This document shows positions 1-10,936 of a stretch of 34,728 nucleotides of DNA, one piece after another. The stretch covers positions 1 to 34,728 of the forward strand of contig LPNZ01011470.1 of NCBI GenBank assembly GCA_001655205.1, read 5' to 3'. The translations under genes were made by a program, and so were the position numbers. Source of the stretch: Lenisia limosa (lineage: Eukaryota; Protista; Breviatea). Below the pieces are notes generated by a model. The model saw nothing but the letters and a program-made list of their open reading frames with translations, did not search any database and was not told the origin of the DNA. Positions within the stretch are counted from its first letter, which is position 1. Every line of letters starts with the position of its first letter.

Positions 1-2746
1 GGGGGGGGGGGGGATTATATTGCTTAATCTATCCATTTCTCCGGTTAGAAAGTTGTAGGTACTAAGAGTAACAATGGTTCAGTGTTAGCAAATAATGAGC
101 GTAGAAATTAACACGCATTATTGCTCCTTCACCTCTCACCATTATTGCTCTCCTTCGCCTCTCACCACTGTAGACCGCAGTCTTCATTGGAAGCACTGAG
201 GTAGGTAATCATATTGGATTAGTACAAAACCCCAATCTGGATCTCCTAATTTTTGTTTTGTTTTTCAAAATCCCCTTTTCACCCCCCCCCCCCNNNNNNN
301 NNNNNNNNNNNNNNNNNNNNNNNNNNNNNNNNNNNNNNNNNNNNNNNNNNNNNNNNNNNNNNNNNNNNNNNNNNNNNNNNNNNNNNNNNNNNNNNNNNNN
401 NNNNNNNNNNNNNNNNNNNNNNNNNNNNNNNNNNNNNNNNNNNNNNCATCAAGGAGTACAACTTGACTTTCGCCAAGTCTGAGAAGATCTACTTCATGGT
501 GGGGGGTTGTCAGTATCCTTTCTGGTCATGTAGTGGACAACTTTTTTCATATACAACCATTTACAGAAATTATTACACTACACTGTCTTCATTACTTTAA
601 TAACTCCCTCTGAAACACGGAGCAACTTGTTCGATTTCTGGACATCACAATCTGAGATCAGCCCTTTTATCCCCTCAGAATGGTGGTGTCAAGGTTATGG
701 CCTGGGTTTTCAAGCCTCTCGGTTTCGACGCCTCCAAGAAGTACCCTCTCATTCTCTACCAGGTTTGCTCTTTGGTTCATTTGATGATATCAATATTTTA
801 CAAGCCATTTTCTCCCCTGATGTCAAACGCAGTATCAAAACAATCTTTTCGTTCACATACACAAATATCCATCCATTCCAACCAGCTCAGCACGGAGGCC
901 CCGAGGGAGCCTGGACCAACGGATGGAGCTCCAGATGGAACCCCCAGACTATTGCCGGTAAGGCCCTTGTCTTTCTCGCTGCTGTTACTATGCAATTGAG
1001 CTTTGAATGTATTGTGTCGACGTGGAAGCGACTTATTTGTAAAGAGGTTATAGTGGGCAGCCATCCTCATTTTTACCTCCGTGCTGGCTGGCTCTGGCTT
1101 GTTTTTGTTTTTGTGTTTTTGTCATCTGGCTTTTGTCTAGTTTTAGCGTTGGTTGNNNNNNNNNNNNNNNNNNNNNNNNNNNNNNNNNNNNNNNNNNNNN
1201 NNNNNNNNNNNNNNNNNNNNNNNNNNNNNNNNNNNNNNNNNNNNNNNNNNNNNNNNNNNNNNNNNNNNNNNNNNNNNNNNNNNNNNNNNNNNNNNNNNNN
1301 NNNNNNNNNNNNNNNNNNNNNNNNNNNNGCTTTGGCCAGAACTTCACTGACGCTATCCATGGCGACTGGGGTGGAATGCCCATTTCTGACACTCTTGGAG
1401 GTTGGGGGGAGGGGGGGGGCACACACGTCTTCTGTGTTGCCATGTAGCCTTGACGTGGCACTTCTCATATCTCTCAACGCATGTTCAATGTGGGATAGCC
1501 TTATGAATAAAACTTCACACAATGCTACATAAATCCTTGTCCTTCACACGACTACATGCTATGGTCTCCCTTGTAACAGTTCAGCTGTCAAGGAGGTGAT
1601 CGAGAAGTACGATTGGGTTGACGCCAATCGTCTTGGTGCCATGGGTGCTTCTTATGGAGGGTGAGGGAGGAGGGAGGATTACGTTTCAGCAAATATTCTT
1701 CCANNNNNNNNNNNNNNNNNNNNNNNNNNNNNNNNNNNNNNNNNNNNNNNNNNNNNNNNNNNNNNNNNNNNNNNNNNNNNNNNNNNNNNNNNNNNNNNNN
1801 NNNNNNNNNNNNNNNNNNNNNNNNNNNNNNNNNNNNNNNNNNNTTCAAGGGCATTGTGTGCCACGATGGTGTCTTCAACATGGAGGTGTGCTTCTCATCA
1901 TTATGACATGATAATTATGAATGCCTGTGTATATATTCTTCAGATCCGCTACATATAATAGTTATCTCATGGTTCTGTTCTTTTTTTATTCATATTCTTG
2001 CTCGACGTGGGATAATTCCTCTAGGATATGTACTTTGGTACAGAGGAAATCTTCTTCACTGAGTCTGAAATGAAGTGGGTGCACTCCTCCCATATTATTA
2101 TTGTTGACTGCTTGGTCAAATTTCCTTTTTTACTTACATTCTAGTGGGTCCTTCTGGGAGTCTGACCTTTACCGCAAGTTCAACCCCATGCTCTATACTG
2201 ACGTGAGCATCCTTGACTTCAAACAGTATTATTTTTTACTCTTTGTTGTGATTTTTAGCTGGTGGAGGTAAAGGAAGCTTATTTTCCAGAAATGGGAGAC
2301 ACCAATGCTTGTCATCCACGGAGGCTTGGACTACCGTATCCCTGTCACTCACGGGTAGGCTGCTAATGCCTTCTTTATTGCATTAAAACGCAAATAACGC
2401 AACTGAATCACTCTTTGACTGTAACGTGACCTTTTAGCATCGGAGCTTTCACTGCTCTCCAGCGTAGGGGAATTCCCTCAAGATTCGTGCACTTCCCTGA
2501 TGAGGTTGGCGGAAAGGGGGCTAGAAATGTGATGATAACATGGTCATTGTGTGCATTTTGAAAAAGTCAATCATTATTGAAAGCTCTTTCCATTTTCTAA
2601 TATTCCACACTTCCTTCTATGTCACGTATTATATGATGAATAGTTACTGAGAACTGACCCTGTAGAACCATTGGGTGCTTAATCCCGAAAACTCCATTGT
2701 GTGGCATCGCGAAGTCATCAACTGGCTTGATACCTATGTCAAGTAG
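1..2746 (+). CDS. S9C-family serine peptidase (dipeptidyl-peptidase 5 / acylaminoacyl-peptidase-like), multi-exon, 5' end outside window
   Basis: Hand-spliced GT-AG exons give IKEYNLTFAKSEKIYFM / NGGVKVMAWVFKPLGFDASKKYPLILYQ / HGGPEGAWTNGWSSRWNPQTIA / GQNFTDAIHGDWGGMPISDTLG / AVKEVIEKYDWVDANRLGAMGASYGG / FKGIVCHDGVFNME / DMYFGTEEIFFTESEM / GSFWESDLYRKFNPMLYTD / KWETPMLVIHGGLDYRIPVTHG / IGAFTALQRRGIPSRFVHFPDE / NHWVLNPENSIVWHREVINWLDTYVK-TAG (2744-2746). The catalytic Ser (GASYGG), Asp (GGLDYR) and His (ENHW) of prolyl-oligopeptidase-clan S9C enzymes are all present. Some exon sequence lies in N gaps. Confidence 0.93.
117..166. repeat. Intronic tandem duplication, 24-26 bp unit x2, just upstream of a 3' splice site
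   Basis: ATTATTGCTCCTTCACCTCTCACC followed by ATTATTGCTCTCCTTCGCCTCTCACC, then ACTGTAG. Confidence 0.8.
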
Positions 2747-2950
2747 AGTGTTTCCTCTTGACTCGACCAAATGCATCGTTACTTTGACTATTGTTTCATG
2801 AGGTGTTTGTATGTGGCATTACTATATGTCTCTTGGACTATCGAAAGAAGTAATAATTTCTAATCAGACTCCTATCACATACAAAAAACGAATCCAAAAA
2901 ACAGGTTTGTGAGGATCGCAATGCGGTGAGGGGGGGGAGGGGTTGAATGA

Positions 2951-5398
2951 TCACTCAACTTCACACCGCAGGATATCTGCAAATTCCTGGACAATTATTG
3001 AAAACTGATAAAGTATCTCTTATTAAGATGGATGAATACATAAATTTGACGCGGATCCCAACTTTGCAAAGGTGTTTGTCGTTGATAGCATAAATAACTT
3101 GATCAAGTGACGTGGCCCTGAAGAAGTGAGGTCCAACCAGTACTTGGCCCAATGCGGACTTGGAAAAAAACCACCTATTAGCTGTCTAGAACTGACCAGA
3201 TTCGCTCCACCCACCTGTCGACGTGCTTTTTAAAGGACGCTGCCACCATTGAGCTTGGGCAGTGGAACGCCCCGCATCCCCAGGCACCAAGAACCTGGTG
3301 AATCACTGAAATCCAAAACAAAGGGATAGTGTCAAAGTTGAGCCTATAACCAACAATGTTCTTCGCGCCAAAATGGAGAGCAGCGTCAATAATTCGCCCG
3401 ATTCGATTGTCGATTGCTTCCGCTAACTGCAACGGAATCAATTAGCTTTTAACTCCAGGGTTCCATATTTCTAGCAATGAGAAATAAAAAATAAGGTTGT
3501 ATCNNNNNNNNNNNNNNNNNNNNNNNNNNNNNNNNNNNNNNNNNNNNNNNNNNNNNNNNNNNNNNNNNNNNNNNNNNNNNNNNNNNNNNNNNNNNNNNTC
3601 ACTCGGGCTTGGTTGGTATTGTGCCGTACGAACGGAGCTGCACACGTTATGTAAGTGGCCTAAAAAGTCAGCGCAAGGCATGGCGGGGTAAATGTCCCTT
3701 TGATCAAGTTTAAACTCTCAACTAAGACTTTTTTTCAAGAAGAAAATATTCAGCCAAAAAAAATATCAACTTATACCCCCCCTCTCTCTCTCTACATATG
3801 ATATACATATATAGCTGTATATCATATATACTATATGATATATTATATATGATATGTAGTATATAAGATTGTATACTACTATATCGATATAATGTTAAAT
3901 GAGTGAATTCCATGTGAAAATTGGTAATTAAAAAATACCCCAGTCCCCCAAAGCACTTACCAAATAAGGATAATCTAATAGCTGTCCATTAGAATGCCTA
4001 AATGTTGGAACATCTAAGTGATAAAAATACCAAACTAAGCTTGCTTACCTTGTGAAACAATGATTCCATCCGAACCAAACGCGTTAGGATTGAACTTGTT
4101 AGTTTGGTAATATGACTGGGCTGTCGGCGTCATCTGAATGATGAGTCACTGCACTCAAATTTGATTAGTGGTATGTTGCTTAAATAGAACTTAACCTTTT
4201 GATTGTTTTCCATTGGGGTGACATATAAAGTAACTTGGTGAGAATATAAACGCAACCAACCAAAGTGGCGTATAACGCAGATGATCGCGCAAGACTCTCC
4301 TCCTGTGCTCTGGAGCCGTGTCTAATTGTGTCAACTTTCTTCTAGTAATCAAGCGAAAATTAACACCTTCACTTTTCAAGCACAAAAGAATGACCAAGGT
4401 CTTGTAATCGAAAAAATATCAGAATATCTCATTTTCAATTGGAAAATGATAATTTGAGAAAGACTAAAGCCCTCTACCCACAGAAAACCTCCTCCAGGCG
4501 TTTTGGAAGAAGCAAAATTCAAGATGAACGGTTGAGTCCTGCAGAATATAAATATTGAAGGAATATTTGATATGATAATGAAGCATTATATGCCTCAACA
4601 CTTTTTGACTTTTTGAGAGTTTCACTACAAACAACCTTTGGGCCTTTATGAGCATGATGACGTTCACATGTAAAAATCATCTAAAAAGTGGTAGCCCACC
4701 TACTCGGTGCTTTCCTCAAGGTCTTTTGCTGCCTCCAAGGTGCCAGACCAGCGAATGGAAACTATCGCCGTTAATACTCTCAATACCTCATACCACATGT
4801 AATATATATTCATTGTAACACTTCTCAATAATATCTACTTGTACTATGTGTCCGTGACAAAATTACGCAATATAACCATTCTTACACCATATGGTACAAT
4901 AAAACCTTTCACCGGTGGTGGTGCCTTCACGTTGTGTTGGTTCAACTGTTAGGATTCTTTCTGATGCTCTATAAAGTTGTGACAATGTTTACAAAAAAAA
5001 ATATCCACAAAAACACAAAGTAAAAAACAATCAATAGTTTCGCTTTCAGGTAGCATTTTGAACAGAGCTGAAAAGTTACAGTACCCAGGCTCACTCAAAG
5101 TATGAAACTCGTTCCTTGGCGAGAGCCACGTCTTTTTCAATAAAAACCTTCTTTTTTAAAGGATTTATATACCTATTGATGGTCAAAAGACTAACAGTGT
5201 AGGTCAACAAAAGTAGCCATGATGCCATATCATAAAAAGTGAAAATTGATAAATAAGTAGCTTTAATGGAATGGATTGGAGGAGCAGTAATGGTCAAAGA
5301 AACAATGGCCACGCTGACCAGCCTTGTTTTATGATGTTGGCAGTTTCCCTGCCCATGCTAGAAGCCTCATGTCTCGGTATCAACTTGGTGCAGTACAT
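2951..5398 (-). CDS. Microbial-type poly(ADP-ribose) glycohydrolase (DUF2263/TIGR02452 macrodomain-like family), about 13 exons
   Basis: Minus-strand exons with consistent phases: MYCTKLIPRHEASSMGRETANIIKQGW ... IEKDVALAKERVSYF ... TAIVSIRWSGTLEAAKDLEEST / ETQPFILNFASSKTPGGGFL (4482-4538) / HGSRAQEESLARSSALYATL (4261-4321) / MTPTAQSYYQTNKFNPNAFGSDGIIVSQ (4049-4133) / DVPTFRHSNGQLLDYPYL (3961-4013) / ATYITCAAPFVRHNTNQAR (3603-3659) / LAEAIDNRIGRIIDAALHFGAKNI (3355-3426) / VLGAWGCGAFHCPSSMVAASFKKHVD (3215-3294) / RATSLDQVIYAINDKHLCK / EFADILRCEVE-TGA. The GGG-x7-QEE signature and LGAWGCGAF motif are typical of this family. The start is uncertain: Met at 5398, or an extra exon near 5440-5470. 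Confidence 0.92.
3790..3895. repeat. AT-rich low-complexity (TA)n-like intronic tract
   Basis: Degenerate TATAT/ATATG runs inside a PARG intron. Similar tracts occur near 24985-25045, 28250-28330 and 29525-29585. Confidence 0.7.
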
Positions 5399-5481
5399 TG
5401 TCTGCTGAATAATGGATGTAAGCTGAAGGTTGTCCAACCAAGATTGTGTGGCTACATCAAGTGGAGGTATTTTGTTCTTAA

Positions 5482-5513
5482 GTTTTTGAGTTTTTGAGTT
5501 TTTGAGTTTTTGA
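5482..5513. repeat. 8-bp microsatellite (GTTTTTGA)x4
   Basis: Four perfect copies are read directly between the PARG 5' region and the TMEM33 start. Confidence 0.9.
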
Positions 5514-5655
5514 GGGTTGGTTTTTTTTGTTTAAGGGCAAGGGGGGGTAGGAGCTGCCAGATCGGGAATCGACAGATCTTTCACAGATTTAAATAAAGAA
5601 AATTGCAATCAAATACAAAACCTAGTTTTTACATTTATTGTAATAGCTGGTAAAA

Positions 5656-7995
5656 ATGGCAGCAAAAGCAAGAGATGCGTTCCTCAAGTACAACTTCGGG
5701 GAAGACCAAGACTGGTTTAAGTTCGTTCAGACCCAGGACTTCGGCGGAGCGGCTGATAGGTCAAAAGCTGAGTTGATTCTGAGGCAGAGGTACTTCAAGC
5801 TCATGGTAGGGGAATCTTTTTTCACCTACTGTCGTCACCCCCGTGCCCTTCACCCCGATTTTATTGATTATACATTAGAATGACGACTATGAAATTGTCC
5901 CAGACCCGTATTCCGGAAGCGATGTGCCATTCACCCCTACTGTGACAGCACGACCCTCCTCCTCTACAGCCCCGTCAAGAAGGGCTCGAGGCAAACTCCC
6001 GGAGGTTATTACATCATGGGGCTTCTCTGAGTTCCGTGTTTGGTGGGTCGCTTTTGCCAGGTTTCTTCTTGTTGGTCCTATCACGATTCGTTGAATGATT
6101 CAAAATGACGTTCTTTGTTATTATTTATTTTGTAATGAAGCTTTTTTGTTCATACCATTAGGTATGGTATGAACTTCATTGCTTCATTTGGTATCCCTCT
6201 CTTCCTTGTAAGTGGTGTTGTCATTATTATTTCCCGGTTTTTCGAATGATATGCTTCGTCTTTGTTGTGCATATCCTGGTTGCTTGTATGAAACAGGCAG
6301 TTTCTTGAAAACTCGTCTAATCGAAAACACCTTTTAATTTTCGTGTGGTCACCCCATACAGGCATCCATCATGTATCCCCGTCTGGTCCTTTACTCGTTC
6401 TCTTTCTGCATGCCTGTTAGTTGGGGAAGAGTTACCGAATGAAGTATCGGCCAGATTCAACCTTTTTTTTTTTTTTTATTTCTCATTGCCATACATACAT
6501 ATAATATATACCGAACGAAGCAAAGTTTTTATATTGCAAACATTTTCTATACTAAAATGGGAGATCTATTGGGGTTTACGTGTACATTGATTGCAAAGTA
6601 TGTAGAGCCCTGAAGATTTCTTTTTATTCTCTCCGCCATTAAAAAAAATTTTTTTTTTGTCTTCATCAACGTTCACCTTTTCACCTTCTTAGTCCGCCCT
6701 TTTTGCTCGTATCTTCAACCTCTTCTTGAAGCATGGGGTAAGAGAGCGATCATTATAGTGTTTGAATAATTGAACTAGACGATGTGTGCGGTCTTGACCT
6801 GACGTCATCTTGAATTTCACATTTCTTCCATTTCCTCGGATGACCCTAATTCCTCTTTTAGTTCCCTCAATTTAACAAACAATGGTTCCAACCCCTCAAC
6901 ACTGACCACGACTTCCACTATGCCCTTCTTATTCTGGCAATGACCGGTGGGTTTCGGGGGTAAGACGTTTTAATTGTATTTATTATTGACAATTCTACGG
7001 ATAAGTTCTCATCCTCTTAGGAACCTACAGTACAGTGGCAGTATTGGTTATTTGTCTTCTATGCCTGCTGGAGGTTTGCGTCTATGCCCCGCGTGTGTTC
7101 CTCAATCCTCCTCTTGCAAAGTTAGTGAGTGAGAGTTGCTTAGGAACATGACCTCTTACATTCATGCTGGACAATTGATTCAGCTTTTTAGGCTTCCACA
7201 TTATACTTATTAGGTCATATTCGACTCCTAAACGATTTTGAGGTGTAGGCAGTAATCGGATCCACTTTCATCCCCCACTCTAATATGGTCTTTAGTTTGG
7301 CCAAGTCGGTCAATGCTCTTGTCAAGCCTCATATTCCAAGGCTCTTGGTTGTGGTATGGGGGCAGGGTTTTTTGGAGTTGTGGATATCTCGTCATGTTCC
7401 CTGCCCTTACATTCAAGGTGGCGCAAACCGAATTAGTTCTGTTGGTATCTCTTCTGATTACTGGCCAATTTATTGCATTCTTTATGTGTGCCATGTTCCT
7501 TCTGCTGCACTACACTACGAGGTGTGTTTTGGTGTGTCATACCACATACAAGTTCTGATATGACCTTGGTTTGCCTCCTGCGGGTAAGACACATCTCCAA
7601 ATACAACGTTTTCATGCTCTAGAAAATAATAGTTTTTGCAGAAGGAGTACCCCCCCCCCCCTCTAANNNNNNNNNNNNNNNNNNNNNNNNNNNNNNNNNN
7701 NNNNNNNNNNNNNNNNNNNNNNNNNNNNNNNNNNNNNNNNNNNNNNNNNNNNNNNNNNCAACTCTTGACCACTATGCTTTCCATGAGCGTTGTCCTGGTG
7801 TCATTCGCCAGGTGTATTCCTCTGTGAGGGGCATAACAACAAGACAACAACTTTTTTTCTGTCTCTTGTTATTCTTCATGTTAATGTTGGCTTCCTCATG
7901 CATCTTGTCATTAAAATTATCGTCAGTTTCGCAACCCACTAACACAATAGGTGAAAGGCTACATTGCCCAAATGGGGAACCCTTACAGGAGGTGA
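5656..7995 (+). CDS. TMEM33: TMEM33/Pom33 (UPF0121) ER/nuclear-envelope membrane protein, with a plant/protist-type N-terminal extension
   Basis: Spliced: MAAKARDAFLKYNFGEDQDWFKFVQTQDFGGAADRSKAELILRQRYFKLM / NDDYEIVPDPY...FRVWWVAFAR / YGMNFIASFGIPLFL / ASIMYPRLVLYSFSFCMP / SALFARIFNLFLKHG / FPQFNKQWFQPLNTDHDFHYALLILAMT / ... / VAQTELVLLVSLLITGQFIAFF / ... / TLDHYAFHERCPGVIRQVYSS / VKGYIAQMGNPYRR-TGA. The G-x-P-x-FN...FHY and H-x-x-CP-x-x-IR motifs resemble TMEM33/Pom33 as recalled; no HMM was run. Confidence 0.75.
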
Positions 7996-8263
7996 TAGAA
8001 GGGGCTTTAATCTGATTTCATTGTATTATTCAAATGCCAATTTGACAAGTTGGAAGGCTGGCTTTTTTACGCACTGTTCCTAATTCAACGAAAACAAAAT
8101 AAACTTCATAGTAAAAAAAATCAATGATGTAACAACGTCACCTAATTAACCCAGCCCCACACCAAAACAATAATTCCAAGAATTGCAAATAAAAATAAAC
8201 ACTATATCAAACGCAATCAAAAATACAAACACAAATACATAAACAAAAAAGTGTGCGAGGTGC

Positions 8264-10524
8264 TTAGGCCACAATGTCCATGAGAGAGAAAATGGTGCCG
8301 GCAACAGCAATCAAAACGCCAAGGAAGAGCACAGCGAAAGCCCTAGTAAAGTCAGAACTTGCAAAAAGAAACCAGGCAATAACCAAAAAAGAAGGTTATT
8401 CTTCATACTTGTATTCAGAGCGTCTGTTCTGGCTGGACATGATGTAAGAGAGGGCCGGGAAGATGATGGTAACGGAGGAGGACGACAGCGATCCGACAAG
8501 AGAGAACACAACAGAAACGTCTGGAAGGAAGGTCAGAGAAGGGTGGGTTGTAAGTGATGAAAACAATAATAAAAAAAAAATCCTAGGAACTTATTTGGAG
8601 TTAGCTTCCCTGACATACCACTGACGGTGAGAGCAATGCAGACCGACCCAATGAGAAGAAGGGTAGAAATGGTGCGGAGGGTGGTGACACTTGTAGTAGG
8701 AGCCTGGAAATGTCAGTATTTCAACATATGCCTGGAGTATTGACATCTACTAATCCGACGCAAACCTTTCCATTGCTAATGAGGCCGGAGATAGAGAGGC
8801 GGCACGAGAACGCAATGAGGGGGTATGACGCAATGATGACGAAGAGCAGACAGGCCTGGGCAAGGACGAAGAAGGCCGGTGGCGTAGCTCCAAGGTCAGC
8901 TTCAGCGTAGTTGTTGAGCACGTTGGGCAGGACTTGGTTACCGAACCTCATGAAGCCCATGGCGCCACTGAGAATGTACTAAATGCGTTAACAACTGTGT
9001 GACTTGGTTGGGCAGAAAATGAAGTCTGGTGCCTCCTTACCATAATACAGGTACACGAGAATGATGACGTGATGATGTTGAACATCTTGCCAGTGCTACG
9101 TCCCTTGAGCTCAGAAAAGACCGGCATGACTAAAACATTAACAATGTCAAGTGGACTTGTGTGGATTCGAAAGACTAGTGGCCCTCCCACTGATGATGTG
9201 ACATGAGTAGCTGAAGGCAGCGATGGGGAGAGCGCGGAAGATCTTGACGGAGGGGTTGAAGAGGACAAGGTCATCGGGGATGCCGTTGGCCCAGAGGTTG
9301 TAGACGCCATCTCCGACGACAGCAAGGACGAAGTAGGCAATGCAGAAGACGGCGGCGGTGCTGCAATGTCAGAATCGAAAAACGAAGGAATTTTCTAGAA
9401 TAGTGGCGTAAAGGTACCAATCACGAACAAAATAAACTAAAACAAAGGAAATGGCAATAACACATGAATGGGTGCGAACCTGGTGAATCTCAGGGCCCTG
9501 AGGGACTGGAGCATGAGAAGGGGGAACACCGCACAGGCCAAGCAGACGATGAGAAGACGTCTGTCGGCCCATCCGAGGAAGTAGGTCATGAGGTTGGAGC
9601 CTGGGGAATAAGAAGAAGCACAAGAAGAGTAGCGCGAAGATGTGAGCACTCGACTTACTGAAGTCACCGATGAGGATCATATAAGCGCAGAGGCTGCCAA
9701 TAGTGCCAAGAGCGATGACAAGGTTAAGGAGAGTGCCTGAAGGGTCAACAGGTCTGTTGCGAAAAGACGCTGTGCAGGCGAAATGATTGAACGCTTACCG
9801 GCCTTCTTGCCGATTGAAGCCTCCATAGCAGCTTGGTAGGTGAAAGTGCCAGTGCGCGTGGCGGTGTGGACAAGGAAACGACCTGAAAGGTGTGATCCGA
9901 GCTGAAATTAGGAGGAAAGCTGATCTTGCGCGAATCCGTCATCCTACCAGTGACAGCCATGATGAGGGCCATAAAGCTCAGGAGAAGGGCTTGCATGCCG
10001 AGACCAGTCCAGGCAAAAGTCAGAGGAACGGACAGGAGTCTAATACGTCAGTGATTCGTCAAATATCTCATAAAATGGAAACATATTAGGAGAGTAGAAG
10101 CCAGAGGAAGAAGGTGCCTGCGCAAACCCGGCTCCAACAGTGTAGTTGGAGAGATTGAAGATAGAAGCACCAACTGAAGCAGTACCAACATGAGGAACAG
10201 CTTCGGGGACTAAACAGGTGAAATATTGAATTCAAATGATGGCGAAAGAAAAATTCCTGATATTTACAAACCTTCAGGGGCAGGTTTTGAGGCCTTTGTG
10301 GGGATGTTGAGCTTGGGTTTCTTGATGGAGCCAACATCCAGGCGACTCATTTCGATGACGACATCCACGGCTGGGGGGAAAGTCAATCAAAAAGACTCAA
10401 ATATCAACTTACCAGAGGTAGAAATGCCTCTGTCGCTTCCAGGATGCCTGGTGCGGTGACCATGAGGGCCAAAAGAGGATGGGAGAGAGTGAACCGAAAG
10501 GCTGGATTGACGAGGAGCGACCAT
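8264..10524 (-). CDS. Amino-acid transporter, Aa_trans (SLC38/AVT/AAAP) family
   Basis: ATG at 10524 (MVAPRQSSLSVHSLPSSFG...). Exons include HVGTASVGASIFNLSNYTVGAG / LLSVPLTFAWTGLGMQALLLSFMALIMAVT / ...RALPIAAFSYSCH / ...PVFSELKGRSTGKM / FMRFGNQVLPNVLNNY...ASYPLIAFSCRLSI / DVSVVFSLVGSLSSSSVTIIFPAL / TRAFAVLFLGVLIAVAGTIFSLMDIVA-TAA. The many hydrophobic helices and the FNL..xxVGAG, F.YxCH and YPL motifs fit this family. Confidence 0.9.
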
Positions 10525-10787
10525 AGTGTCGACAAAACGCGTTGTTTAGACAAAGAAAAGATCTAGTGCTGACTAAACAACGCACAAATAAACGATAATG
10601 ATATCAGGAGGGGGAAGGCGGAAGTCGCAACTACTGAAAGAATATTGCGTTGGGATACTTGTTGTCTCATTAAAATGCTAATTGAGAAGCCAATCAACTA
10701 CTAGGGGGTTACTTGCACGAAGGCAGAAAATACGCTGAAAAAAAACTTGAAGAGGAGTTAAACAACAACTGTGTTCAACTAAAGAGC

Positions 10788-10795
10788 TATAAAAG
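10788..10795 (+). promoter_or_regulatory. Possible TATA box in the divergent transporter / 2H-phosphoesterase intergenic region
   Basis: TATAAAAG lies about 150 nt upstream of the ATG at 10937. This is a motif match only; the transcription start site is unknown. Confidence 0.25.
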
Positions 10796-10936
10796 AGGGC
10801 TTTCCAAAAAAAAAAATTCAGTGAAAAAGGGAAAGGAATTTTGTTCTTGAATGTTCTATCCCCCGAACCTGATCAATAGATCAATTTTCTGTTTTGCCAG
10901 AGCGAAATTTTTTTTCAAGCCCTCTTTCACCTCACT

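Noticed and set aside
627-1532. 301-aa ORF in the supplied track
   Set aside because: It is a composite of introns, an N gap and exons in mixed frames of the peptidase gene, not a real contiguous CDS.
3178-3441. ORF reading AALHFGAKNIVGYRLNFDTI looked like a YbjQ/UPF0145 heavy-metal-binding motif
   Set aside because: The GYRLNFDTI part is intron read-through. Splicing at 3354/3295 gives NI|VLGAWGCGAF, part of the PARG gene.
5482-5513. (GTTTTTGA)4 as a telomere-like repeat
   Set aside because: Only four copies, internal, and not matching a telomere unit I recognise; treated as a microsatellite.
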